Source of the DNA: an uncultured Bacillales bacterium
GTDB taxonomy: Bacteria; Bacillota_I; Bacilli_A; RF39; UBA660
Direction: 5' to 3'
DNA: 64,000 nt
Assembly (NCBI GenBank): GCA_947648915.1
Contig: CANSPQ010000002.1
Coordinates: forward strand, 50 to 64,049
Both the position numbers and the translations under genes were made by a program. This document shows positions 18,711 through 28,155 of the stretch, in pieces. The notes under the pieces are model-generated. The model saw only the letters and a list, made by a program, of their open reading frames with translations, did no database searches and had not been told where the DNA came from. Numbering within the stretch: position 1 is the first letter of the stretch; each line of letters starts with the position of its first letter.

Positions 18711-19213
18711 TCTCGCACCTTCTTTCTTAATTTTTTTAATGCATAAGAATACTTAGAACGTACTTGGCTATGTGTCATGGATAATAGTTTTGCAATTTCC
18801 AAATGATTGAGACCACCAAATAGATGTAAGACAACAATTTGTCTTTCTAAATCATTTAAATAAGCTAAATACTCTTCTATCATAAGAGAATCTTCGTTTT
18901 GAATGAGATTGTGTTTATGGAGTTCCCTTTCCAAATCACAATCTTCATAAGATAGTTCTTTATTTTTTTCCAAAAAAGTATACGCTGTGTTTTTTCCAAT
19001 CGTATAAATCCATGTTTTTGGATTCATCCAAGGATGATAAGACTTGTAATATTTTAAAATTCGCAAAAAGACTTCTTCTGTAATATCTTCTGCATTATCA
19101 TAATTTTTGACCATACTAAGAATAAATAGAAAAAGAGGTCGTTTGATCAATTGATATACCTTTTCGATATTTTCTTGTTCATCTAAATGTATTAGCCATG
19201 TTCGCAAGTTCAT
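18707..19213 (-). CDS. RNA polymerase sigma factor, ECF subfamily (ATG at 19213 after GAAGGAA)
   Basis: Region 2 and region 4 (HTH ...LEIAKLLSMTHSQVRSKY...) are recognisable. Confidence 0.75.
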   Translation of the reverse strand: MNLRTWLIHLDEQENIEKVYQLIKRPLFLFILSMVKNYDNAEDITEEVFLRILKYYKSYHPWMNPKTWIYTIGKNTAYTFLEKNKELSYEDCDLERELHKHNLIQNEDSLMIEEYLAYLNDLERQIVVLHLFGGLNHLEIAKLLSMTHSQVRSKYSYALKKLRKKVRE

Positions 19214-19279
19214 AGTATTCCTTCTTTTGTATATATACATCTATTATACTAAAAAAAAGATGAAAGTGTGGAATCATTT

Positions 19280-21013
19280 TCATCTTCTACCCATACCATT
19301 TGGACGACCCATATCATTTGGATGATTTCCACCCATTCCTCCACCACTTCCAATAGAAGTTGTGATACTAGTGATTGTAAAGGTTTGATCAGTAGTTCCA
19401 TTCACTTGAATGGTATAGGTTTCTCCTTTTTGAAATTTTGGAGAAGCAATGACTAAAGAATTATAAGATTTATTGGATTGATAAGATAGTATCTCATTTT
19501 CTTTTGAATCGATAATAGTAATAATGGTATCTTTCGTATAATTTGTAGGAAAAACAATTTGTACATTATAAATACGGGAAGAATTGCTCACACCTTGCAT
19601 CATTCCACTTGCACCACCTGCGTATAACGTTCCACCATTTACAATAAAACCACTATCATAATCGAGAGCTCCATTGCCATTATCCGTTGGTCCATCTACT
19701 GTAACAGTTCCACCATTCATATAAGCAGTTCCATTGACATCAATGCCATCACCACTCGCACTCACATAAATCGTCCCATCATTGATTGTCAAAGTCCGAT
19801 TGGTATTACTAGAATAACGATTTTCACCGGGTCTTCCCATTGCCGAAGCATCATTTCCTCCTGCAACATTAATTCCATCATCACGAGAGAAGATAGAGAG
19901 ATTCCCACCATTAATTGTAATTTTAGTGCTTTCAATTCCTTCATAACTCTTTGCAATATCGATTGCTCCTCCATCAATAATGAGCTCTGTATTGGCATGA
20001 ATTCCATCATCCCCAGAGTGAATTATAAATGTTCCTTTCTGAATTCCAATAGAACCGTTCGAGTGAATAGCATCATCAGAAGAATCAATTGTAAAGATTC
20101 CATCTTGTATGACAAGATTACTACCAGATTTTATCCCTTTTGCACTACTAGAATCTGCTTGACTAAGATGATTACTTCCCCACATTCCCCATGATGTTTC
20201 TGTACTAGCATTACTACTACCTCCACCTGTTGTAATAGAAAAATGGCCACTTTCAATCAACAATTTTGTTTCAGCTTGAATTCCATCTAAGTCAGCATGA
20301 ATATCAAAAGTTCCATTCTCAATATAGACATATCCTTTTTCGAAATCCGTATCATTGGTGGATTTTATACCATCTCCACCACTTGTGATTTTAAATTTAC
20401 CATTTTGAATATGAACAGAGTCTTTTCCTCGAATTCCATCATCTTTAGATGTAATCTCATAAGTTCCTGAAACGATTTTTAAATCATCCTTACTCACAAT
20501 CGCATCCTCATGATTGGAAACAACAATCAAAGTTCCTTCTCCCATTAAAGTCAAATCATCATGACTAAAAATGGTGCCTATTTCATCCTCTTCATAACCA
20601 CTATAAACATTTCCATCCTCTAAATAATTTGTAGTGCCCTCTACTGTTTCAATTACGACATCACCAGCTTCTTCTACATAAATTGCAGGTCCACTGGAAT
20701 TGGTAATACTTACATGATCCAAAACCAACTTAATATTGTCACTCGTATGTATTGTAATCAAACCATCTTCAATTGTACCTGTTAGATGATAAATGCCTTC
20801 TTCTGTAAGTGTAATACTAGTCTCAAGTATATAATTGGTATCTTGATAAAAAGACCAATCAATTTTTTCGTCATCATCATCTGTATGGATATTCATAGTA
20901 ATGGAATCTGTAGTACTATGAGATAGTTTCATCTTATGATTGTCCTGTAAAATCCACCATATACTAATACCAAATAGCATTGCTAATACAAATAATACTA
21001 GTTTCTTTTTCAT
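19280..21013 (-). CDS. secreted parallel beta-helix repeat protein (Cthe_2159-like carbohydrate-binding family)
   Basis: Signal peptide. About 15 repeats of the form G/S-DDGI-x-. Gly-rich C-terminus. Confidence 0.5.
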   Translation of the reverse strand: MKKKLVLFVLAMLFGISIWWILQDNHKMKLSHSTTDSITMNIHTDDDDEKIDWSFYQDTNYILETSITLTEEGIYHLTGTIEDGLITIHTSDNIKLVLDHVSITNSSGPAIYVEEAGDVVIETVEGTTNYLEDGNVYSGYEEDEIGTIFSHDDLTLMGEGTLIVVSNHEDAIVSKDDLKIVSGTYEITSKDDGIRGKDSVHIQNGKFKITSGGDGIKSTNDTDFEKGYVYIENGTFDIHADLDGIQAETKLLIESGHFSITTGGGSSNASTETSWGMWGSNHLSQADSSSAKGIKSGSNLVIQDGIFTIDSSDDAIHSNGSIGIQKGTFIIHSGDDGIHANTELIIDGGAIDIAKSYEGIESTKITINGGNLSIFSRDDGINVAGGNDASAMGRPGENRYSSNTNRTLTINDGTIYVSASGDGIDVNGTAYMNGGTVTVDGPTDNGNGALDYDSGFIVNGGTLYAGGASGMMQGVSNSSRIYNVQIVFPTNYTKDTIITIIDSKENEILSYQSNKSYNSLVIASPKFQKGETYTIQVNGTTDQTFTITSITTSIGSGGGMGGNHPNDMGRPNGMGRR

Positions 21014-21021
21014 AGTGTCAC

Positions 21022-21690
21022 CTATATTTCCATAGTATCAATGGAATGTGTCAAGGCAACTTTTAAATTTCCATTTCGTACTCTTAAAGCATCTATAAAT
21101 TCTTTTTCATTTGTATTTTGATTTAAGATAATACGATAATGTAAATCAAATAGACTACCCATGTTTGTTGTTTTTACTTTTTCTAAGGTAACCTTTTTGA
21201 CATAGGTATCAAATACATCTTGAAACATTGTTGTATAATCCAAATCTTCTGGCACAATGATACTCAAAATCCGTTCGTTAGGATAATCAAAACATTTCAA
21301 CTGATAAAGGAAAAGAATGGATAAAATGGTTATAGATGTAATGATTCCCGCAAATACAACATGACCCATTCCAGTTGCAAGTCCTACTGTCATCGCAAAA
21401 AATATGCTTAATATTTCAATACTTGTTCCTGGTAAACTTCGGAATCTAACAAGACTAAAAGCACCGACAATCGCAACGGAAGTTCCTAAATTTCCATTGA
21501 CCATTAAAATAACTGTTTGAACCAAAAGAGGTAAAATGACCAACGTCATCAAAAAATTTTGATTTGATTTTGAAACTTTCCTATGTGTATATGCAATGGC
21601 AAATCCTAGAAGGATAGAAACAATGGAACAAATCAAAATAGAACTAAATTCGATACTACTACTGGTATTTGAAAATAAACTGTTTAACAT
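21022..21690 (-). CDS. DUF4956 domain membrane protein
   Basis: 4-5 TM segments plus a C-terminal soluble domain. Typical partner of VTC-domain proteins. Confidence 0.5.
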   Translation of the reverse strand: MLNSLFSNTSSSIEFSSILICSIVSILLGFAIAYTHRKVSKSNQNFLMTLVILPLLVQTVILMVNGNLGTSVAIVGAFSLVRFRSLPGTSIEILSIFFAMTVGLATGMGHVVFAGIITSITILSILFLYQLKCFDYPNERILSIIVPEDLDYTTMFQDVFDTYVKKVTLEKVKTTNMGSLFDLHYRIILNQNTNEKEFIDALRVRNGNLKVALTHSIDTMEI

Positions 21691-22373
21691 ACTAACATCT
21701 CCTTATCTTTTTGATAAATACTGCCATACTTTGAAAATGATGTCGGATATATTCCAGGGTCCGATAAGGAACGAACAAACCAAATTGGCATAGCTCCTAA
21801 TGTTTTCACTTCCATAATATATTTTTTTTCTTTAAAATAAAGTGTTCCCGCATCTCCCAATTCCAGTTTTAAATGCTCTTTTCGGCTTCTTAAATTTTGA
21901 TCAATCGTAATTCGAATATCTTCTTTGGTTCCTTTATAACTATGCCTATCGTAAGCAATGAAATAAGAAGGAATTAATTTATAATATTGAAATAAATAGT
22001 CAATTTCACGCATAATTTGATTTTCCTTGTCATAATGATTATTTTCCATATATTGATAAAATTCAGTTAATTGTAATTTCATTCTTCTTTTACCAACTAC
22101 CCCCTTATATTTTGATTTAATCTCTAAGAAAACATCACTTTCTAAAGAAGGCACATTATAACTCCGTAATCGAACCTTTTCTTTAAATACAGGTTTTTCT
22201 AATGAATTTACAATCAAGTCCCTATCTTTTGTGTCAAAATAAATATTACAAATTGTAGTATCAAAAAATATATCCTTTTGAATATAATGTTCAATCTTTC
22301 TCATCAAACTGGTATATTGTTCTTCTGTTAACAAATATTTTTCTTCGACACGTTTAAAATGATTTTGGTACAT
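21684..22373 (-). CDS. VTC (polyphosphate polymerase-like, CYTH fold) domain protein
   Basis: N-terminal EEKYLL (ExExK-like) tunnel motif. About 230 aa. Confidence 0.55.
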   Translation of the reverse strand: MYQNHFKRVEEKYLLTEEQYTSLMRKIEHYIQKDIFFDTTICNIYFDTKDRDLIVNSLEKPVFKEKVRLRSYNVPSLESDVFLEIKSKYKGVVGKRRMKLQLTEFYQYMENNHYDKENQIMREIDYLFQYYKLIPSYFIAYDRHSYKGTKEDIRITIDQNLRSRKEHLKLELGDAGTLYFKEKKYIMEVKTLGAMPIWFVRSLSDPGIYPTSFSKYGSIYQKDKEMLVC

Positions 22374-22483
22374 GTAAATTCTCCTTTCTAAAATTCAGTT
22401 TATTCTTTTTTTATGTCAATATTATGAGCAAATTAAGAAATTTTTGTGAAAAAGAATCTGTAAAATTTAAAAACAATGGTAAA

Positions 22484-22504
22484 CAAAAAATCGCATTTCT
22501 GCGA
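22484..22504 (-). terminator. intrinsic terminator ATCGCAGAAATGCGAT + UUUUUUGUUU
   Basis: Third copy of the conserved 14-nt hairpin. Confidence 0.45.
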
Positions 22505-22548
22505 TAGGGATACTAAGAATTTTAATTGGTATATTCTTGATTATTCTC

Positions 22549-22577
22549 TTGTTTTGATATTTCATTAATAGTATAAT
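22549..22577 (+). promoter_or_regulatory. sigma-A-like promoter (TTGTTT-17-TATAAT) for peptide B mRNA
   Basis: Seen in sequence. Confidence 0.4.
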
Positions 22578-22652
22578 ATATTTAGGAATACTTAGTTTGC
22601 TTAGGTACTATTTCCTTTCTTTTACTTTTGTAAATGAAAGGAGGCGTGTATT

Positions 22653-22730
22653 ATGAAACAATTAGAAAAAACACTTTGCTTAATCATAATCCTCCTTATT
22701 GCTGTAATTTTTATTATGACAATAAAATAG
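22653..22730 (+). CDS. 25-aa hydrophobic peptide (type I toxin-like) MKQLEKTLCLIIILLIAVIFIMTIK
   Basis: RBS AAAGGAGG. Paralog of the 8218-8310 module. Confidence 0.45.
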   Translation: MKQLEKTLCLIIILLIAVIFIMTIK

Positions 22731-22828
22731 TACCAACATATGTTGGTACAAAACCAAATAGGAAGTAGTACCTAGCCTCTTGACAACTAAGTATTCCCTT
22801 TTTTTATTGTATGAAGCTTCCTTCATCT
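22718..22828 (-). ncRNA. putative cis-antisense sRNA, module B
   Basis: Promoter TTGTAT-17-TATAAT. 5' hairpin ATGAAGGAAGCTTCAT. Terminator is the 10-bp perfect hairpin GTACCAACAT/ATGTTGGTAC plus UAUUUUAUUG overlapping the peptide stop. Confidence 0.45.
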
Positions 22829-22834
22829 ATATAC

Positions 22835-22863
22835 ATTATACTAAATTTTAGTTTAAAATACAA
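22835..22863 (-). promoter_or_regulatory. sigma-A promoter (TTGTAT-17-TATAAT) on the minus strand
   Basis: Plus-strand atacaa at 22858-22863 and attata at 22835-22840. Confidence 0.5.
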
Positions 22864-22906
22864 GTTTCTTATAAATTTTTTTGTCTGCTATTAATTTATA
22901 GAAAAA

Positions 22907-22923
22907 GACAACTAATTGTTGTC
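22907..22923 (-). terminator. tig terminator hairpin GACAACAATTAGTTGTC + U-run (overlaps the stop codon)
   Basis: Seen in sequence. Confidence 0.5.
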
Positions 22924-24171
22924 CTTTAATACTTCTAATGCTTTACGCATTTCTAAATCATATTTTACCATATCTAAACCACCAAATAGTTTTAAAAGTT
23001 CTTCTTTTTTCATACTATATTTTTCTGCTAAACTATTGGCTTCTTTTTCCGTATCTTCTTCTGTTACTTCAATTTTTTCTGCTTTGACAATTTCTTCTAA
23101 CAATAATCTTGAAGATACTCTTTTGAAAGCTTCTTCTTTCATTTGTTCTTTTAAAGCCGTTTCATCAGAATTGGTAAATTGATAAAATTGTTCTAATGTA
23201 ATTCCTTGCATCTTTAAATTTTCTTCATATTGACGCACCATACGATCTAATTCATCTGCTACCATCGCATCAGGAATATCCACTTCCATATTGGCAACTG
23301 CTTTCTCTAAAATTTCATCCATGAAATGGTCTTCCGCATGGTGCATTTTATGTGCCTCTATATTTTCCTTTAATTGACGCTCTAATGCTTCTTTGGAATC
23401 AATACCTTCCATTCCTAAATCTTCAAAGAAATCCTTATCAAATTCAGGAAGTTTTGTTTCTTTAATTTCATTTACTTTTACTTTGAATACAACTGGTTGT
23501 CCCTTTAAATCTTCGGCATGATAATCTTCAGGGAACGTAATATCAATTTCTTTTTCTTCACCCTTTTTCATACCAATTAACTGTTCTTCAAATCCAGGAA
23601 TAAAAGTTCCACTACCAATCACTAAAGAGTAGTTTTCACCCTTACCACCTTCAAAGGCAACACCATCTTTGAATCCTTCAAAATCGATAATTGCAGTATC
23701 ATCATTCTCTACACTACCATCTTTTACTACACTTTCGGCATAACGTTTTCTCGTTTCTTCTAAGGCATGTTCTACTTCTTCTTTAGAAACTTTTACTTCT
23801 TCTTTTTTGACACCTAATTTCTTATATTTTCCTAATTTTACTTCTGGTTTCGTTGTTAAGATAAATAAGAATTCAACATAATCTGCAGAAATAGATTTTA
23901 AACTTGCTTGTGGTTGCGCAACAATGATGAGATCTCCATTTTCCTCTAACATTTTGGTATATGCATCTTGTAAAACACGGTCTGCGGCATCTAACCATAA
24001 ATTTTCTTCACCATATTTTTTTAAGAACACATCCTTAGGTGCTTTTCCAGGGCGAAATCCATCAATTTTGGCTTTTTTACTTGCTTCTTTGTACGCATCT
24101 TCTTTCGCCTTTTCCCATTCTGCTCCTTCTATTTTAATTGTAATTTCATGTACATTTTTATTCTTTTCCAT
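22912..24171 (-). CDS. tig: trigger factor (ATG at 24171 after GGAGGG)
   Basis: Ribosome-binding GFRPGKAP motif, FKBP-like middle domain, C-terminal arm. Confidence 0.85.
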   Translation of the reverse strand: MEKNKNVHEITIKIEGAEWEKAKEDAYKEASKKAKIDGFRPGKAPKDVFLKKYGEENLWLDAADRVLQDAYTKMLEENGDLIIVAQPQASLKSISADYVEFLFILTTKPEVKLGKYKKLGVKKEEVKVSKEEVEHALEETRKRYAESVVKDGSVENDDTAIIDFEGFKDGVAFEGGKGENYSLVIGSGTFIPGFEEQLIGMKKGEEKEIDITFPEDYHAEDLKGQPVVFKVKVNEIKETKLPEFDKDFFEDLGMEGIDSKEALERQLKENIEAHKMHHAEDHFMDEILEKAVANMEVDIPDAMVADELDRMVRQYEENLKMQGITLEQFYQFTNSDETALKEQMKEEAFKRVSSRLLLEEIVKAEKIEVTEEDTEKEANSLAEKYSMKKEELLKLFGGLDMVKYDLEMRKALEVLKDNN

Positions 24172-24251
24172 AATTCCCTCCATCAATATATTTTAGTATA
24201 CCTGAATATGGTATTTTTTTCAAGTTTATTTCAAAAAAACACTTAAAGTGT

Positions 24252-24722
24252 TTAGTTGATTTCGACAATTTCTACTTCGTACTTTCCTTGTGGACTTTCT
24301 ACAGTTACTTTGCTTCCTACCTTTAAACCCATAATTGCTTTCGCGATTGGAGATTCATTGGAAATCTTGTTTTGAAATGGATCTGCTTCCATACTTCCAA
24401 CAATAGAATATACTTCTATTTCTCCATCCTCTACGTATTTTAGTTTGACAGTAGATCCAATGGATACTTTATCCGTAGAAGTTTCTTTAATAATGACGGC
24501 TTTTTCAATCATTGCCTCTAATTCCGTAATTCTACCTTCTACCTCCGCCTGAGCAGTACGTGCTGCATCGTATTCGGCATTTTCACTTAAGTCACCTAAA
24601 GCACGTGCATCTTTTAATGCATTTATAATTTCAGGTCTTTTTTCTAATTTTAAATAATCAAGCTCTTTTTTAATTTCATCTAAGCCTGTTTCTGTTAAAT
24701 ATATCTCTTTTGTGTTTGACAT
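24252..24722 (-). CDS. greA: transcription elongation factor GreA
   Basis: 156 aa. Coiled-coil N-terminus with acidic tip. FKBP-like C-terminus. Confidence 0.85.
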   Translation of the reverse strand: MSNTKEIYLTETGLDEIKKELDYLKLEKRPEIINALKDARALGDLSENAEYDAARTAQAEVEGRITELEAMIEKAVIIKETSTDKVSIGSTVKLKYVEDGEIEVYSIVGSMEADPFQNKISNESPIAKAIMGLKVGSKVTVESPQGKYEVEIVEIN

Positions 24723-24784
24723 AAGAACGCCTCTTCTCTCTATCTATAAAACATTACAAATGATACTATAGAATTTTTATTTTG

Positions 24785-25987
24785 TCAATCTTTTTTAATA
24801 CGAATTAGATTATTCGGATACACTCTTTCTTCTATCTTCATCTGCACAATTTGCCTTGGATGCCTTACAACGGAAATAAATTCTTTCTTTTCATCTAATA
24901 TTTCTTTCACTTCGTATGTTATTGTATGCAACTGTGGACCAAATATTTCAACGGTATCCCCCACTTTAAAATAATTTCTCTGTTCAATTGTTGCATATTT
25001 TGTTTTTTCATTATAATCTAAAATAACTCCTAAAAAATCTTGATTGGAAACTTCAACTCTACCATTATAATAGCCACAAGTAGAATCATTTTCGCCACCA
25101 AAGAATTGAGGTACAGAATCCCTGTTCGCACAATTTCTTAATATTCTTTCGTACGCTATATTATATTGATAAGATTCTGGATTGTTACAATAATCATCAA
25201 TCACTTTCCGATATACATTTAAAACGGTTGCGATATAATAAATCGAACGCATTCTTCCTTCTATTTTAAAGGAAGTAATCCCCATATCAATCATGTCAGG
25301 TAAATACTTTAGCATCGATAAATCCTTACTGCAGAACGTGAAAGGTTGTTCTCCAACGAAATGTTTCAACTGATCATTATATAAATCAAAGTCCCATCTA
25401 CAAATCTGGCTACATCCACCACGATTGGCGTCTCTTGCGGTTAAAAAGTTGGACAAGACACATCTACCACTCATAGAGGCACACATAGCGCCATGGATAA
25501 AACATTCTATTTCTAAATTTGTCTTTTCTATAATTTCTTTAATCTCTTCTTTTCTGGTTTCTCTTCCTAATACAATTCGTTTTACACCCTGTTGTTCCCA
25601 AAAACGACATGCTTCTATATTTAAAGTGGATTGTTGGGTGGATAAATGAATTTCTAAGTTTGTATTTGCTTTGGCAATTTCAATAATGGTGGGATCACTG
25701 ACAATAATGGTATCGACACCACATTGTTCCAACCGTATTAGGTAATCTTTGACCAAAGAAATTTCTTTATTATGTAAGACAATATTAACCGTTACATGAA
25801 CACGCTTGCCTCGTTCATGTGCATAATGACATCCTTCTTTGATTTCTTCAAAGGTAAAATTTTTGGCATTGGCACGAAGGCCTAGTGCAGGTCCTCCAAT
25901 ATAGACTGCATCTGCACCATATTCAATTGCCCATTTTAATCGTTCTAAATCGCCGGCTGGCGCTAATAATTCTGGTTTTTTAATCAT
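24785..25987 (-). CDS. U32 family peptidase (YrrO/TrhP-like)
   Basis: E-x-F-x-H-G-A-(L/M)-C-x-(S/A)-x-S-G-x-C motif region (FIHGAMCASMSGRC). Confidence 0.7.
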   Translation of the reverse strand: MIKKPELLAPAGDLERLKWAIEYGADAVYIGGPALGLRANAKNFTFEEIKEGCHYAHERGKRVHVTVNIVLHNKEISLVKDYLIRLEQCGVDTIIVSDPTIIEIAKANTNLEIHLSTQQSTLNIEACRFWEQQGVKRIVLGRETRKEEIKEIIEKTNLEIECFIHGAMCASMSGRCVLSNFLTARDANRGGCSQICRWDFDLYNDQLKHFVGEQPFTFCSKDLSMLKYLPDMIDMGITSFKIEGRMRSIYYIATVLNVYRKVIDDYCNNPESYQYNIAYERILRNCANRDSVPQFFGGENDSTCGYYNGRVEVSNQDFLGVILDYNEKTKYATIEQRNYFKVGDTVEIFGPQLHTITYEVKEILDEKKEFISVVRHPRQIVQMKIEERVYPNNLIRIKKD

Positions 25988-26891
25988 AATGCTTCACCTG
26001 ATATACTGTTTCTTTATAGAAAAATCCTTTATCGGTATTTCCATCTAATAAGGTATCAATTGCTTCATCACTACCATTTTGATTATGGAATAAAGTGATT
26101 ATTTTTAAAAATATATCTCGATCTATAAAATTCTCATTACATAATACGTAATCAATCCCTTTTTCCTGAAATTCTAAATATTCTTGATACCCATTTAGAA
26201 TATGACTAGCATATACAAAAGTCCCCTCTTCATTATCGACAATAGGATATCTATTTTCCTCTTTTTCCATATAGTAAACGGAAGACTGACCATTTAATTG
26301 AAAGTGATTTAAGTAGTTCTTAATTTCATGACGTTCTGATACAAACATTGGAAGATGTCCTAAAATTGGAACAATCAGTGGCATATTGGTGTGTTTTTTG
26401 ATTTCCAAAATCTCTTGTTTGGTAATTTCTCCAGATACATATGCCATATCTGCCCCATGGCGATTCCAATAATTCATGGTTGCATAATTGGTGGTTAAAT
26501 GTTCTGCACCCCAAATCAGTGGTATATCAATTTGGTATTCCTTTTTCATTTGGATCACTGCAACATCATAATATAGAATTCCATCAATCTGTAAATCCGC
26601 AAGTTTCTGCATCACTTCTTTGACAGATTCTAGTTCATTACTATGAAAATTTTTATTGAGTGCAACAAAAAGTTGTTTCTTTTTTCCTTTTAAAATGGAT
26701 AATATATGTTCAATATATTCTAAATCTACCGTAAATAAGAAATTGATACTCATACCTTTATATCCCAATAAGATAGCATCGGTTTGATCTATCAAATCAT
26801 CTATATTCGGATATGCTGGCATTGCCATTATCTTTGTCATATATTTCACCGTCTTCATTATAACATATATTTTCAAAAAAACGAAAAACAT
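25980..26891 (-). CDS. U32 family peptidase (YrrN-like)
   Basis: Paralogous U32-like fold. Adjacent to and overlapping the previous gene. Confidence 0.6.
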   Translation of the reverse strand: MFFVFLKIYVIMKTVKYMTKIMAMPAYPNIDDLIDQTDAILLGYKGMSINFLFTVDLEYIEHILSILKGKKKQLFVALNKNFHSNELESVKEVMQKLADLQIDGILYYDVAVIQMKKEYQIDIPLIWGAEHLTTNYATMNYWNRHGADMAYVSGEITKQEILEIKKHTNMPLIVPILGHLPMFVSERHEIKNYLNHFQLNGQSSVYYMEKEENRYPIVDNEEGTFVYASHILNGYQEYLEFQEKGIDYVLCNENFIDRDIFLKIITLFHNQNGSDEAIDTLLDGNTDKGFFYKETVYQVKHYD

Positions 26892-26948
26892 CCTTTTACT
26901 TATATTGTTTTATTGGAGCCATAACTTTTTCTTCATCTACTTAATTCT

Positions 26949-27422
26949 TTAAAATTTTCTGTTATTGATTTGTTCTAATGCCTTTTGTTTTTTCAAGGCA
27001 AGCACCTTATTTCTTTGAAGTATCATCGAAGGATGATTGCTCAAACATGGATTTTTACTAACTGATATTGCTTCATCATATCTTTCTTTTAAAGTCAAAA
27101 TATGCATTTTTTGTGCCTGAATGGTATAATTATTTGGATATTGATCACAAAGTAACAAGGCTTCTTCATCCTGACCAGAATCTTTCATAATTCTAATGCG
27201 CCTAGATACCATATCTATATCATTTTGGTATTCTTTCTGGCAACATATAGGAAAAATTTCATCTGCACGTCCCATGATTTGCAACAATTGGAAACGCAAA
27301 GACTGTACTGGACTCCAATGTATACATTGTGGATTTTCACAAATAGAAAGCGCACCTTCAAAGTCTTGTTGCAACATTTTTTCTTTTATTCGTTCAATTA
27401 CTTGTTTTTGATAGTCTATCAT
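26949..27422 (-). CDS. hypothetical protein
   Basis: 157-aa ORF. Confidence 0.35.
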   Translation of the reverse strand: MIDYQKQVIERIKEKMLQQDFEGALSICENPQCIHWSPVQSLRFQLLQIMGRADEIFPICCQKEYQNDIDMVSRRIRIMKDSGQDEEALLLCDQYPNNYTIQAQKMHILTLKERYDEAISVSKNPCLSNHPSMILQRNKVLALKKQKALEQINNRKF

Positions 27423-27567
27423 ATATCATACCTCTTTCCCTATACTATTAAAATACACTTACTTTTTATTTTAATATAAGAGCCAGAATCTAAATTAGTT
27501 CTTACATAAATGTTTAAATTCGTATTATTTATTATATATTCTATTATTAAAAAAGTAAAGAAAAACG

Positions 27568-28155
27568 CTAGACCTTTTTTCTAACGCTTACTCCAACGCC
27601 ATCTCCAACTGGATAAATCGTTGTTTCATAATATGGATTATTTTCTAAAAATTGAGTGTATTGGTTTAATTTACGAACCATGCCTCTTACATTACGACTT
27701 AAAGTTACTTCATCCGCATGAACCAATCCATGAAAATTAAGATTATCTGAAATAATTACTCCATGTTTACTTAAATTTTTTTCAAATTTTTTAAAAAACT
27801 TAAGATATTGACTCTTGGCTGCATCAATGAAAATTAAATCAAAAGTATCGTTTAACTCTACCTCAAATGCATCTTGGAATAACACAGTAATCCGATTTTC
27901 TAATCCGAATTTTTGAATATTACGCATCGCTTCCTCATAACGTTCTCTATCTCTTTCAATTGTGGTAACCGTTATAGCAGAATCTACCAAACACATACGA
28001 ATTGCCGAATATCCAATCGCAGTACCAAGTTCTAGTATTCTTTGAATATGGTGTTCTTTGATATAGTCTAAAAGGAAACTAATGCCATCATGCTCCATAA
28101 TCGGAACATGGTGTAAAGTGGCATACGCTTCCATTTCTTTGATTCTATGATCCAT
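27568..28155 (-). CDS. class I SAM-dependent O-methyltransferase (YrrM/TrmR-like)
   Basis: SAM-binding LELGTAIGYSA motif. Conserved position next to mltG and the U32 genes. Confidence 0.65.
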   Translation of the reverse strand: MDHRIKEMEAYATLHHVPIMEHDGISFLLDYIKEHHIQRILELGTAIGYSAIRMCLVDSAITVTTIERDRERYEEAMRNIQKFGLENRITVLFQDAFEVELNDTFDLIFIDAAKSQYLKFFKKFEKNLSKHGVIISDNLNFHGLVHADEVTLSRNVRGMVRKLNQYTQFLENNPYYETTIYPVGDGVGVSVRKKV

